From a bacterium (GTDB lineage: Bacteria > SAR324 > XYD2-FULL-50-16): 64,000 bases of DNA. How positions within the stretch are numbered: position 1 is the stretch's first letter; every line of letters begins with the position of its first letter. The position numbers and the translations under genes were made by a program. The DNA lies in contig JAVVEA010000005.1 in assembly GCA_032250835.1 (NCBI GenBank), forward strand, positions 32,001 through 96,000, read 5' to 3'. This document shows, piece by piece, positions 39,769 through 48,528 of this stretch. The notes under the pieces were generated by a model. It saw nothing but the letters and a program-made list of their open reading frames with translations. It did no database searches and had not been told where the DNA came from.

Positions 39769-40836
39769 ATGACCTTAAAAGAATTGGCAAAGCGGCTTAA
39801 CCTGGACTTTCACGGCGACGAAAATCTGGTTCTGACCCATTTAAGCGGCTTCGAAGAGATCAGCGCCGGGGCCTTGGCCTTTTTGATGGACTCTAAAGCG
39901 CTACCCACCCCTGGCGGGGTCTTCAACCAAAAACAAAAAGACTTGGCCCAAGTAGCCGCCGACCAACCCTGTGCGGTGATCGTGCCCTTAGGGACCGAAG
40001 CCCGTGACATGAACTTAATCTGGGCGGCAGACCCCTTGGCCGCCCACTGCCAAGCGGCCAATATCTTACAATCGCCGCCCCAAGCCAGCGGCAAAATCCA
40101 CCCCCGGGCCTGGGTTGACCCGAGCGCCCAAATTGGTGAAAACGTCACCCTTGACGCCGGGGTGGTGGTCTACGAAGGGGCACAAATCGGCCAGGGGAGC
40201 GTGCTCCGGGCCAACGTGGTGGTGATGGCCGGAGCCCGATTGGGCGAAGATTGTTTGATCTACCCTAATGTCACCATCCGCGAGGGCTGCCAATTGGGCG
40301 ACCGGGTGATCTTACACGCCGGGGTGGTAATCGGTGCCGACGGGTATGGCTATTACCAGCGCGAAGGAAAAAACCACAAAATCCCCCAGGTTGGGGTGGT
40401 GGTGCTCGAATCGGATGTTGAGATCGGTGCCAACAGTTGCGTGGACCGCGCCCGGTTCAGCCAAACCCGCATCGGCGCGAACAGTAAATTAGATAACTTG
40501 GTCCATATCGCCCACAACGTAGAAGTCGGGGCCGAGTCGCTGATTACCGCCCAATCAGGCATCGCCGGCAGCACCAAAACCGGCACTCACTTGATGATGG
40601 GCGGCCAGTCAGGCATCCGCGACAACCTAAGCATCGGCAACCGAGTGACGCTGTTAGCGCGCACTTTAGTGACCGCCAAGGCTCAGGACGGCGAAACCCT
40701 GGCCGGTATGCCCGGACGAGCCTTTGACAAATGGCGGCACCAGCAAGCCAGTTTGGCGCATTTAGACCGGCTCTTAGAGCGGATCAAGGCCTTAGAAGAA
40801 TGGATGCAGCACTGGCGCTCTACGGAGCCCAAGTAA
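39769..40836 (+). CDS. lpxD: UDP-3-O-acylglucosamine N-acyltransferase
   Basis: Hexapeptide repeats, IGADGYGY, KIPQVG, KLDNLVHIAHNV. Confidence 0.97.
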   Translation: MTLKELAKRLNLDFHGDENLVLTHLSGFEEISAGALAFLMDSKALPTPGGVFNQKQKDLAQVAADQPCAVIVPLGTEARDMNLIWAADPLAAHCQAANILQSPPQASGKIHPRAWVDPSAQIGENVTLDAGVVVYEGAQIGQGSVLRANVVVMAGARLGEDCLIYPNVTIREGCQLGDRVILHAGVVIGADGYGYYQREGKNHKIPQVGVVVLESDVEIGANSCVDRARFSQTRIGANSKLDNLVHIAHNVEVGAESLITAQSGIAGSTKTGTHLMMGGQSGIRDNLSIGNRVTLLARTLVTAKAQDGETLAGMPGRAFDKWRHQQASLAHLDRLLERIKALEEWMQHWRSTEPK

Positions 40837-40924
40837 TAACTCGATCTAAGGTTACCCTTGGATTTTCTGGTCCAATTGCCTATCCTAGAAGGAACACACC
40901 AAACAACTCCTACTGATAGGTTCC

Positions 40925-41836
40925 ATGAATCTGCAATTGATCGAAAAGGTTGTCCCCGCTGATGGGGAAGTATACAAGCCCAGTGACCCCTTCTTGGCTC
41001 CGGTGGTCGAGAACCGCCGCTTAACCCCGGAAGACTCTGAAGACGTGCGGCATATTGTGCTCGACATCAGCCGTTCCGGCATGCGCTACGTTGAAGGCCA
41101 ATCGATCGGCATCGTCCCCCCCGGAGTGGACGAAAAGGGCAAGCGCCACCGCCCACGCCTTTACAGCATCGCTTCGGCCCGTTGTGGAGAGATCGGCTGC
41201 GACATCGACAACAAAGCCACCACCGTTACCCTCTGCGTCAAGCGGGTGGTCTATCAAGACGAATCGGGCCAGGAGGTGCGCGGCTTAGCCAGCAACCACC
41301 TCTGCGACGCGCAGCCCGGCGACGACCTTCAGATGACCGGCCCCATTGGGCGCAAGTTTTTGTTGCCCGCCGACGACTCCAACCACTTGATCATGATCGC
41401 CGTAGGCACCGGCATCGCCCCCTTCCGCGCCTTTGTGCAATACATCTACGGCGACCATGGCAGCTGGGGCGGTAAGGTAAAGCTTTTTTACGGTGCCAAG
41501 ACCGGCCTAGAGACGCTCTACATGAACGAACAGAGCAACGACATCGGCCAATATTACACCCAAGAAACCTTTGAGGCGATCCGCGCCCTTTCGCGCGAAG
41601 AAACCACCGAATCGGGCAAGCGAGTCTACGTACAAGACAAAATTGCGCGGCAAAAAGACGAACTTTGGACCCTGATCAAAGAAGGCCATTTTTGCCTCTA
41701 TATCTGCGGCCTCAAGGGGATGGAAGAAGGCGTGGACCAAGTTTTAAGCGGCTGGGCCAGTGCCGAAGGTTTGGATTGGGAAGAAATGAAAAAAGGCTTT
41801 AAGGACAATGGCCGGTGGAACGTTGAGGTATACTAG
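40925..41836 (+). CDS. Plastidic-type ferredoxin-NADP+ reductase
   Basis: EGQSIGI, RLYSIAS, GTGIAPFR, YVQD, YICGLKGM, terminal WNVEVY. Confidence 0.92.
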   Translation: MNLQLIEKVVPADGEVYKPSDPFLAPVVENRRLTPEDSEDVRHIVLDISRSGMRYVEGQSIGIVPPGVDEKGKRHRPRLYSIASARCGEIGCDIDNKATTVTLCVKRVVYQDESGQEVRGLASNHLCDAQPGDDLQMTGPIGRKFLLPADDSNHLIMIAVGTGIAPFRAFVQYIYGDHGSWGGKVKLFYGAKTGLETLYMNEQSNDIGQYYTQETFEAIRALSREETTESGKRVYVQDKIARQKDELWTLIKEGHFCLYICGLKGMEEGVDQVLSGWASAEGLDWEEMKKGFKDNGRWNVEVY

Positions 41837-43227
41837 TGTTGCAAGACCAATATGATGTAGTGGTGATCGGCTCGGGCCCGGCTGGCGAAAAGGCAGCCCT
41901 CGAAGCCGCCGCGCTGGGGGCCAAAACCTTAATTATCGAGCGTTGGGGCGCGCCGGGCGGAGCGGGGACCCTTTCGGGGACCTTGCCTTCAAAAAGCCTG
42001 CGTGAAACGGTGCAGTACGTAGACTCCCTCACCCATGACGAGATCAACGGGATCGCCAGCGAATTGGGCCGCCCGCTGACTATCAAAGAGCTGATGCACC
42101 GCAAAAATCGGGTGATCGACCAGCGGGTGGACAGCATCTACCGCGCCTATGAGGGTGCTGGGGTCACCTTCATCTCAGGGGCCGGGAAGCTGGTGGGCAC
42201 CCATCAGGTAGCCATCACCCCCCGCCCTAGCCACGGCCCCTCCCAGGTTACCGCCAAGTCGATCATCATCGCGGTGGGAACCTCCCCCTACCACCCACCG
42301 GACATCGACTTCGACCACTTCCGCATCTTAGATTCCGATAAGATCTTAAACCTCGAAGAAATGCCTAAGAGCCTAATCGTCTATGGTGCCGGGGTGATCG
42401 GCAGCGAATATGCCAGCATCTTCGCCAAGTTGGGCTGCTCGGTGACCATCGTGGAGCCTCGGGGTAAGCTGATGGACTTCTTAGACGCCGACCTTTCGGT
42501 CTCGGTGGCCCGCGCCTTCATGAACCATGGGGTAGCGCTCAAGCTCGGGCGGCACTACAAAGCAATCGAAGGGAGCGCCGATCAGGTCTTGCTCCGCTTA
42601 GAAAACGGTGAAGAGGTGCGCGGCGACTATTTGCTCTACGCCAATGGCCGCCAAGGACAGGCCGAGGGAATGGGCCTAGAGGCCCAAGGGATCGAGCTCA
42701 ACCACCGCAAACAGCTAAGTGTCAACGAAAATTACCAAACCAAACTGCCCCATATCTACGCAGTCGGCGACATCATTGGCTTGCCCAGCTTGGTTTCGAT
42801 CAGCAATGAAGAAGGCCGCATGGCCGCGCGCCACGCAATCTTAGGCGAACCGGGACACCGGATCACCGGGCACTTCCCTTGCGCCATCTACACCATCCCC
42901 GAAGTCAGCATGATGGGCCCCACCGAACAGGAGCTTGAAGCCGACGGGGTGGACTATGTAGTGGGCCGCGCCTTCTTTGGCGAACTGGCCCGAGGCCTGA
43001 TCATGGGCGTTCATGAGGGGATGATCAAATTGATCTTCGAGCGCAGTAGCCGCAAATTACTGGCAGTGCACCTCTTCGGCGAGGGCGCTTCGGAATTGGT
43101 GCATATCGGCCAAGCAGTGATGTGCTTCGGCGGCAAACTGGACTATTTCACCGACGAAATCTTCAACTTCCCCAGCCTAGCCAGCGGTTACAAAGTCGCC
43201 GCCCACAACGCCTTGCAGCATTTTTAG
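41836..43227 (+). CDS. sthA: Soluble pyridine nucleotide transhydrogenase
   Basis: GSGPAG, GTLPSKSLRE without the redox CxxxxC, YTIPEVS, FNFPSL..YKVAA. Confidence 0.9.
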   Translation: MLQDQYDVVVIGSGPAGEKAALEAAALGAKTLIIERWGAPGGAGTLSGTLPSKSLRETVQYVDSLTHDEINGIASELGRPLTIKELMHRKNRVIDQRVDSIYRAYEGAGVTFISGAGKLVGTHQVAITPRPSHGPSQVTAKSIIIAVGTSPYHPPDIDFDHFRILDSDKILNLEEMPKSLIVYGAGVIGSEYASIFAKLGCSVTIVEPRGKLMDFLDADLSVSVARAFMNHGVALKLGRHYKAIEGSADQVLLRLENGEEVRGDYLLYANGRQGQAEGMGLEAQGIELNHRKQLSVNENYQTKLPHIYAVGDIIGLPSLVSISNEEGRMAARHAILGEPGHRITGHFPCAIYTIPEVSMMGPTEQELEADGVDYVVGRAFFGELARGLIMGVHEGMIKLIFERSSRKLLAVHLFGEGASELVHIGQAVMCFGGKLDYFTDEIFNFPSLASGYKVAAHNALQHF

Positions 43228-43355
43228 GAGGTTAGGCTAGCGCCGTTAAGCCACTCGCCAAAGGGAACCCAAATCCCCCTTGACCCTAAATTCGGCCTAG
43301 GGGGCATACCTATTTCCTGTTTCAAGCAATAAATTGCTATACTGTCACCTGATTT

Positions 43356-43481
43356 ATGGATAAATACCACCGCATATTGGGCCGGATCGTCGCCGACGGC
43401 GAAGACCTCACCGCCTGCCTGATCCGCCGTAGCCTAGCCCACCCCAACCACAGGGAGCGGCGGGCGGGGTGGTGCGGGTGA
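43356..43481 (+). pseudogene. C-terminal fragment of a thermonuclease (SNase-like) gene
   Basis: MDKYHRILGRIVADGEDLTACLIRRSLAHPNHRERRAGWCG matches the DKYGR.L..V..DG.DL...L...GLA..Y....W pattern. Confidence 0.65.
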
Positions 43482-43538
43482 GCCCACTTGCTCCCCCATG
43501 CGATGTTGCTTTGGTTTGCTTCTTTGATAAGCCAGTAC

Positions 43539-44228
43539 TCACCTTGCGTTCCATTGCCGAACCCAACTTTCGACCCATTAGTATGCCTCTTTTTCCTTTG
43601 GCAGCAAGGTTAATAGCGTTGGAGCCGCCCGGTTCAAATGCTCAGCATGAAACGTGTACGTATCGGCTGGTACGCCGCATAAAATCGAGTTTTGTAGGCA
43701 ATCGGTTGCTGTGTGGTAGGCCGACTTCACGTGTTTCTGGAAGTCGGGGGAATTCCTTTCAATATCAGAGAATGACGGCATGGGGCTTACCTCCCAAAGA
43801 TTCATAGGAAATTTGCAGGATTGACCTAGCACCAGTTAGTGTATTTTTTGGCTAGAGTCATTCACCCAATGTTTTGTATTTTTATGGACCTCAGGGAATG
43901 CTTGTATCGCTTGGGCACGAGCCACAGCTTGCGCACCCTCCCTTTGCTCTTTGAGGGTCCATAGGACGCCGATGAACGCCATGAAGCTCAAGAGCGGGTT
44001 GGTGATCCCGCCAAAGAAGTCTCCGATTGTTCCCATCGAAGGGGGGCGATCCGGCCAAAGGCCCTGCTCAGGTCGCCAAAACCAAAATGCGACAAAAGGC
44101 GCAAAGAAGGTAAAGGCACCGCCTACTCCCAAAAGATGAAGCGCTCGCCGGTTTACCAAAGCCTTCAATTTTCCCCAGAAAATGGAAATCGCCCGCTTGT
44201 CCAGCCACTTAAAAATCTTGTCCCGCAT
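43539..44228 (-). pseudogene. Membrane protein gene interrupted by two in-frame TAA codons (putative abortive-infection-like N-terminus)
   Basis: GTIGDFFGGITNPLLSFMAFIGVLWTL..Q motif; ORFs 43836-44228 and 43578-43832 are in frame. Confidence 0.6.
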
Positions 44229-44626
44229 CAAGCCCCCTTCTGTTCCAACAGCATCCGGGCCCCTTCGGCCAGCAACGCGCTGCGGTCTTCTCCGGTGGTT
44301 GCGCGGTAGGCGTCCAAGTCGGCCAGCACGTCGGCGGGCAGCATGATGTTGACGCGCTCCTTGGGGCGGTATTTGTGCAGCAGCTTTTCGTCCACCGGGA
44401 TCGGCACCAAGAACTCGCCCGGCTCCAAGGTGGGGGCCAAGTCTTCGGACTTCGAGGCGCGGGGCAATTTGGGGAACTCGACCAAGATCAAGGCCAGCGC
44501 GTCGGTCGCCATTTCAAAGCCTTCCTCTAGGTCGTGCCCCTGAGTGAGTGCGCCTTCCACATCGGGGAAGCGGATAAAAAAGCCGCCTTCTTCGACGGGC
44601 TGAAAAATGGCAAGATAGGTTTTCAT
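44228..44626 (-). CDS. hicB: HicB antitoxin with C-terminal RHH
   Basis: YLAIFQPVEEGGFFIRFPDVEGALTQG..LEE..MA.DAL; RVNIMLP...LD...RS. Confidence 0.93.
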   Translation of the reverse strand: MKTYLAIFQPVEEGGFFIRFPDVEGALTQGHDLEEGFEMATDALALILVEFPKLPRASKSEDLAPTLEPGEFLVPIPVDEKLLHKYRPKERVNIMLPADVLADLDAYRATTGEDRSALLAEGARMLLEQKGA

Positions 44627-44653
44627 AGCTTCCTTTAGTTTAGGGCCGGACCC

Positions 44654-44824
44654 CTATTTCAGTCCGGCTTGTTTTTGAATCGCTTTGGCCAGCATTTCGT
44701 TGATTTCCCGGTGCCGGGGAACCGAAACAGCTTGGTTGTCTTTGGTCCACTTGCTGTGGTTCCCGCCTTCGGTCTTGATCCATCCGGCCTTTTTCAGTTG
44801 TTTTTCCAAATCTTTCAGTTTCAT
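44654..44824 (-). CDS. hicA: HicA toxin, 56 aa (not in ORF track)
   Basis: MKLKDLEKQLKKAGWIKTEGGNHSKWTKDNQAVSVPRHREINEMLAKAIQKQAGLK; GGNH and VPRH motifs; immediately upstream of hicB. Confidence 0.93.
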   Translation of the reverse strand: MKLKDLEKQLKKAGWIKTEGGNHSKWTKDNQAVSVPRHREINEMLAKAIQKQAGLK

Positions 44825-44846
44825 TTCTTCCCTTGTTGGTATGCCT

Positions 44847-44904
44847 TAATAATACACAAATACACATAAGACCACAAGCCTTGTTCTGTGTATTTGTGTG
44901 TATT
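44847..44904 (-). promoter_or_regulatory. hicAB promoter/operator
   Basis: TTGTGG-17-TATTAT; 13 bp IR ACACAAATACACA (44854-44866)/TGTGTATTTGTGT (44887-44899). Confidence 0.7.
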
Positions 44905-45045
44905 TTCCAGGTTCAACAAAGAAGCCCCTGGAAGGTGAAAATCTACTGGGGGTTTGGTCACGAGAAACAGGGGGCAAACAAAAACAAAGAAATCTGGTGG
45001 CAGTATATATATTTTAGGCCCCTGGACATAGGGCGATTTGGGTTC

Positions 45046-45466
45046 CCTTTGGCGAGCGGCTTAGAGCCCCTAGCCGCGCTAAGCAGCTTCGAGGCCGAAT
45101 GCCGAGGGCTGCGTGGGTAGCAATGCGAGCCAGCGAGTATTGCCCAGCCAAAAGCCAACTGTTCGAGCTTCGAGCGTTAGGGAGTCGGCTTCATCGACGG
45201 TTAACATAAACAACACTCGCCGGCTCGCGTCGCTACGCCCGCAGCCCTCTCTTCGTTCGGTGCTGCCTGGCGAGAGCGAGTTTTGGCTTTTAGCGTAGCT
45301 TGGCGTAGGGGCTCTTAGCGGCGAGCCTTTGGGGGCTGGTTTTTTTGCTTCATTTTCGTTGGGTGTTGGCTTCGCCAACGGTTTAGGCTGCGCGACACTC
45401 GCTGGCTCGCGTCGTCACACAAGTCGCCCTCGGCCTGCGGCCTCGAAGCTCCTTAGTGAGCCAAAG
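45046..45466. repeat. Three-copy degenerate ~100 bp repeat (one inverted) forming long stems
   Basis: Perfect 13-14 bp complementary blocks, e.g. 45085-45097/45438-45450 and 45125-45138/45397-45410; alternative partners at 45215-45228, 45240-45249, 45306-45315. Confidence 0.85.
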
Positions 45467-45611
45467 AAAGAAGTCCCATCTCTTAATTTCTTCCAGCAAT
45501 TTTGTGCTTCCCATCGCCTAGAAGGGAAGAGTCTTGCGCTTTTTTGTAAAATCAAGTGACTAAAATCAGGCGGCAGTACACCTATTTCCAATAAATCAAA
45601 AATCCGCCACC

Positions 45612-46130
45612 TCACCGATAATTCCGCTCTAACCCCCGCTCAATTTGGCGGGCTAAATCGACGGAGCGGACCAGTAGGCTCATTTCGTGGTTGTAGCGCA
45701 GGGCGGACTCGGTCAGGTTGTGGCTGCCCACAAAACAATATTCGCCGTCCACCACCGCCACCTTGGCGTGGCTGCGTCGTTCGGGGCGGTCAAAATGCAC
45801 CAGAATCCCCCGGGCCTTGAGCCATTTGGCGGCCTGTCGGTTGGAGCGGTCCAAGCTGTCGTTTTTTCCGGTCTCCTCTAAAAACACCTCTACCTTCACC
45901 CCCCGCTTACGGGCCGCCGCCAGCTCATGCGCCAATTCTGCCGTGCGGCCTTTGGGGCGTAGCCTGAAGACGTAGGTGGCCAGCACCACCCGGCTTTGGG
46001 CCGAGTGGATCTGACGGATTAAGGCGGGCGCGAAGTCGGCGGCTTCGAGCAGTTGAGCTTCCTGAGCCTTACCCGAGCCCGCCCAGAGGGCGCAGAGCAG
46101 GATTAGCAGTAGCTTTTTCTTAAGTCTCAT
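45612..46130 (-). CDS. Secreted phospholipase D-family protein (single HKD, Nuc-like)
   Basis: Signal peptide; HAKVAVVDG...GSHN...NHE. Confidence 0.9.
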   Translation of the reverse strand: MRLKKKLLLILLCALWAGSGKAQEAQLLEAADFAPALIRQIHSAQSRVVLATYVFRLRPKGRTAELAHELAAARKRGVKVEVFLEETGKNDSLDRSNRQAAKWLKARGILVHFDRPERRSHAKVAVVDGEYCFVGSHNLTESALRYNHEMSLLVRSVDLARQIERGLERNYR

Positions 46131-46144
46131 TGTAGCCTTTATAC

Positions 46145-47941
46145 ATGGAAAACCCCTTGCCCACACAACCAGAAATCCCCTCTAAAGAGTCGGTCACCAG
46201 CAAACTGCTGCGCCTCGTCTGGGCCCAGAAGACCCGCCTGGGCTTCGGTGTGTTGTTTATGCTGATCTACGCCCTTTTTACGGTAGCACCAGCCAAGTAC
46301 ATGAAAGACATCGTCGATGCCCTAGGCTCCGGCGAAGTACCCAGCCAAAGCAAGTTTATTCTGGTGGGCTTGGGGATTATTCTCGTTTATTTCTTTAAGG
46401 GCCTGTCCTTTTATGGGCAAAACTACCTGATGAACAGCATGAGCCAGCGGATGATCCGCAAGCTCCGGGGCGATATGTTTGAGCGGGTCTTAAACCTGCC
46501 GGTAGCCTTCCACAACCGCTCTACCACCGGCGACCTGCTCTCGCGCTTCACCACTGACCTCTCGACACTCTCCGAAGCGGTCAAAACTGGCATCTCCGGC
46601 CCGCTGCGTGACCTGCCCCAGATTTTGATTCTTTTAGGCATTATGGCCTACCGCAGCTGGCAGCTCTTTTTCCTGACCTTAGTCTTGCTGCCGCCTGCGG
46701 GCTTTTTGATCCAAAAGTTTGGCCAGCAAAACAAAGAAGTAACCGACAAGCGCCAAAGCAAGTTTGGCGAGTTGACCAGCCTGCTGAACGAAACCATCAG
46801 CGGCATCCGCGTGGTCCAAGCCTTTGGCATGGAGCACTACGAATCGCGCCGCTTTAAGGCCGAGAACCACCGACTTTTCCGCTTCTTTTTGCAGACCGTA
46901 CGCATCAACTCCTATTCTTTCCCGATTTTAGAACTGATCGGCGGCATCTGCGGCGCGGCCATTCTGACCTACGGCGGCTATTTGATCATCCACGACGAGA
47001 TCACCGGCGGCGACTTTGCCAGCTTCATCGTCGCCTTTTTCATGATGAACGAGCCGATCAAGAAATTTAACGGCTTCACCCTCAAGATCCAAGAGGGCTT
47101 GGCCGCCGCCCAACGGGTATATCAGATTCTAGAGGCCAACAACCCGATCAAGGAAGGGGCCGGAACTGCCCTCTTGGCCCCTTTCAAAAAAGATATCCGC
47201 ATCCAGATCAAAGAATTTTGTTACGATCCGGGCAAACCGATTTTGCGCAACATCGACCTGACCTTGCCCTACGGCAGCATCACCGCCTTGGTCGGTTCTT
47301 CGGGCTCCGGTAAAACCACCTTGGCCAACCTGCTGCCCCGCTTTTACGACATCCCCCGTAGTCAAGGCGGGATTATGATAGACGGCGTAGACATCCGCGA
47401 CGTCACCTTAGACAGCCTACGCGCCCAAATTGCCCTGGTCACCCAAGAGATCGTGTTGTTCAACGACAACATCAAAAACAATATCTCCTACGGCAAACTC
47501 GGTTGCACCGAAGCCCAACTGGTACAGGCCGCAAAAATTGCCTATGCCTATGACTTCATCATGGCTTTTGAAAAGGGCTTTGAAACCGAAATTGGCGAAG
47601 GCGGGCGGTTGTTATCGGGCGGGCAGCGGCAGCGGCTTTCCATTGGCCGGGCTTTGGTCAAAGACGCGCCGATCTTGATTTTAGACGAGGCCACCAGCGC
47701 CTTAGACACCGAGTCCGAAAAGGAAGTGCAGGCGGCCATCGAAAACCTGATGCGCAACCGCACCAGCTTGGTGATCGCCCACCGCCTTTCGACGGTGCAG
47801 CACGCAGACGTGATCCACGTCTTAAAAAATGGAGAGGTGATTGAGTCCGGCAACCACCGCAGCCTGTTAGAGCAAAAAGGAGAATACTTTAGGCTCTACC
47901 AGATGCAATTCCGCGACGAACCCACCGAAAAGGCTGGCTAA
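46145..47941 (+). CDS. msbA: Lipid A export ABC transporter (MsbA-like)
   Basis: TMD+NBD; GSSGSGKT, LSGGQRQR, ILDEATSALD, IAHRLST. Confidence 0.85.
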   Translation: MENPLPTQPEIPSKESVTSKLLRLVWAQKTRLGFGVLFMLIYALFTVAPAKYMKDIVDALGSGEVPSQSKFILVGLGIILVYFFKGLSFYGQNYLMNSMSQRMIRKLRGDMFERVLNLPVAFHNRSTTGDLLSRFTTDLSTLSEAVKTGISGPLRDLPQILILLGIMAYRSWQLFFLTLVLLPPAGFLIQKFGQQNKEVTDKRQSKFGELTSLLNETISGIRVVQAFGMEHYESRRFKAENHRLFRFFLQTVRINSYSFPILELIGGICGAAILTYGGYLIIHDEITGGDFASFIVAFFMMNEPIKKFNGFTLKIQEGLAAAQRVYQILEANNPIKEGAGTALLAPFKKDIRIQIKEFCYDPGKPILRNIDLTLPYGSITALVGSSGSGKTTLANLLPRFYDIPRSQGGIMIDGVDIRDVTLDSLRAQIALVTQEIVLFNDNIKNNISYGKLGCTEAQLVQAAKIAYAYDFIMAFEKGFETEIGEGGRLLSGGQRQRLSIGRALVKDAPILILDEATSALDTESEKEVQAAIENLMRNRTSLVIAHRLSTVQHADVIHVLKNGEVIESGNHRSLLEQKGEYFRLYQMQFRDEPTEKAG

Positions 47942-48528
47942 GTTAGCCGAGCCACGAACTCCGCCCAATCTAAAACCCGCTCCCAATCTTCATCCGGTAA
48001 GCTCTGGTTGTGCGGGCGCTGCATCAGGTAAACCTGCGCTTGGGGGAAGGCAGTCTTTACATCGCGGCAGTTTTGGGGATGGTCGTCTAAGAAGACTACC
48101 TGCCGGTTTTGGTCGCGGATTTGCTCGATCACCTGGGCTTTGCTGGGGTAATTTTCGATCCCAAAGCTATAATGGCCCCCCATGTTCAAGCTAACAAAGT
48201 TGAGCCCATGGTGTTGTAGGTTATCAAACCGGGGGGCATATTGTTCTTGGGGCAGGTTGGTCACAAAGTGGACCGGAAAACGCGCCGATAACTGATTAAA
48301 GCTGTTCTGGTCGGCGAGCAACTGTAACCGGTTGAACCGTCCCGAAGCCATAAAGGCATCCCAAGTCACTTGGATGTCCAGGCTACTCAAAGCGTCATCC
48401 TCTAATTCCCAGCTCGTGGGCCGGTAACCTAAAGGCAAATCTGGCAGCAGGGTATCGCGGATGTAATCCATAAAGGTGGCCTCAAAGTCGAGGATCACGC
48501 CGTCTACATCCAGAAACAACTCAAACAT
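47938..48528 (-). CDS. HAD-superfamily hydrolase (nucleotidase-like)
   Basis: FLDVDGV motif I, FVTN, K, FLDD motif IV. Confidence 0.75.
   Translation of the reverse strand: MFELFLDVDGVILDFEATFMDYIRDTLLPDLPLGYRPTSWELEDDALSSLDIQVTWDAFMASGRFNRLQLLADQNSFNQLSARFPVHFVTNLPQEQYAPRFDNLQHHGLNFVSLNMGGHYSFGIENYPSKAQVIEQIRDQNRQVVFLDDHPQNCRDVKTAFPQAQVYLMQRPHNQSLPDEDWERVLDWAEFVARLT

Larger units (their letters stand above)
43338..45580. mobile_element. Non-autonomous island bounded by imperfect 18 bp terminal inverted repeats
   Basis: TATACTGTCACCTGATTT (43338-43355) vs reverse complement TGTACTGCCGCCTGATTT (45563-45580), 15/18; ACCTATTTCC direct repeat at 43308 and 45580; TA cargo; no transposase. Confidence 0.55.

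Noticed and set aside
43539-44228. TAA stop-codon reassignment
   Set aside because: TAA terminates many intact genes here (comF, acyP, tal, folD); pseudogenisation is simpler
45046-45466. CRISPR array, integron attC sites, retron msr-msd or group II intron
   Set aside because: No regular repeat-spacer period, no cas, integrase or reverse transcriptase gene in the window, no cassette ORFs between the repeats, and no recognisable domain V
43338-45580. Prophage or autonomous IS
   Set aside because: No structural, replication, integrase or transposase ORF
44640-45615. Short ORF-track calls over the hicA and repeat region
   Set aside because: Wrong frame relative to the true hicA, or translations of GC-rich palindromic repeats with no protein-like motifs
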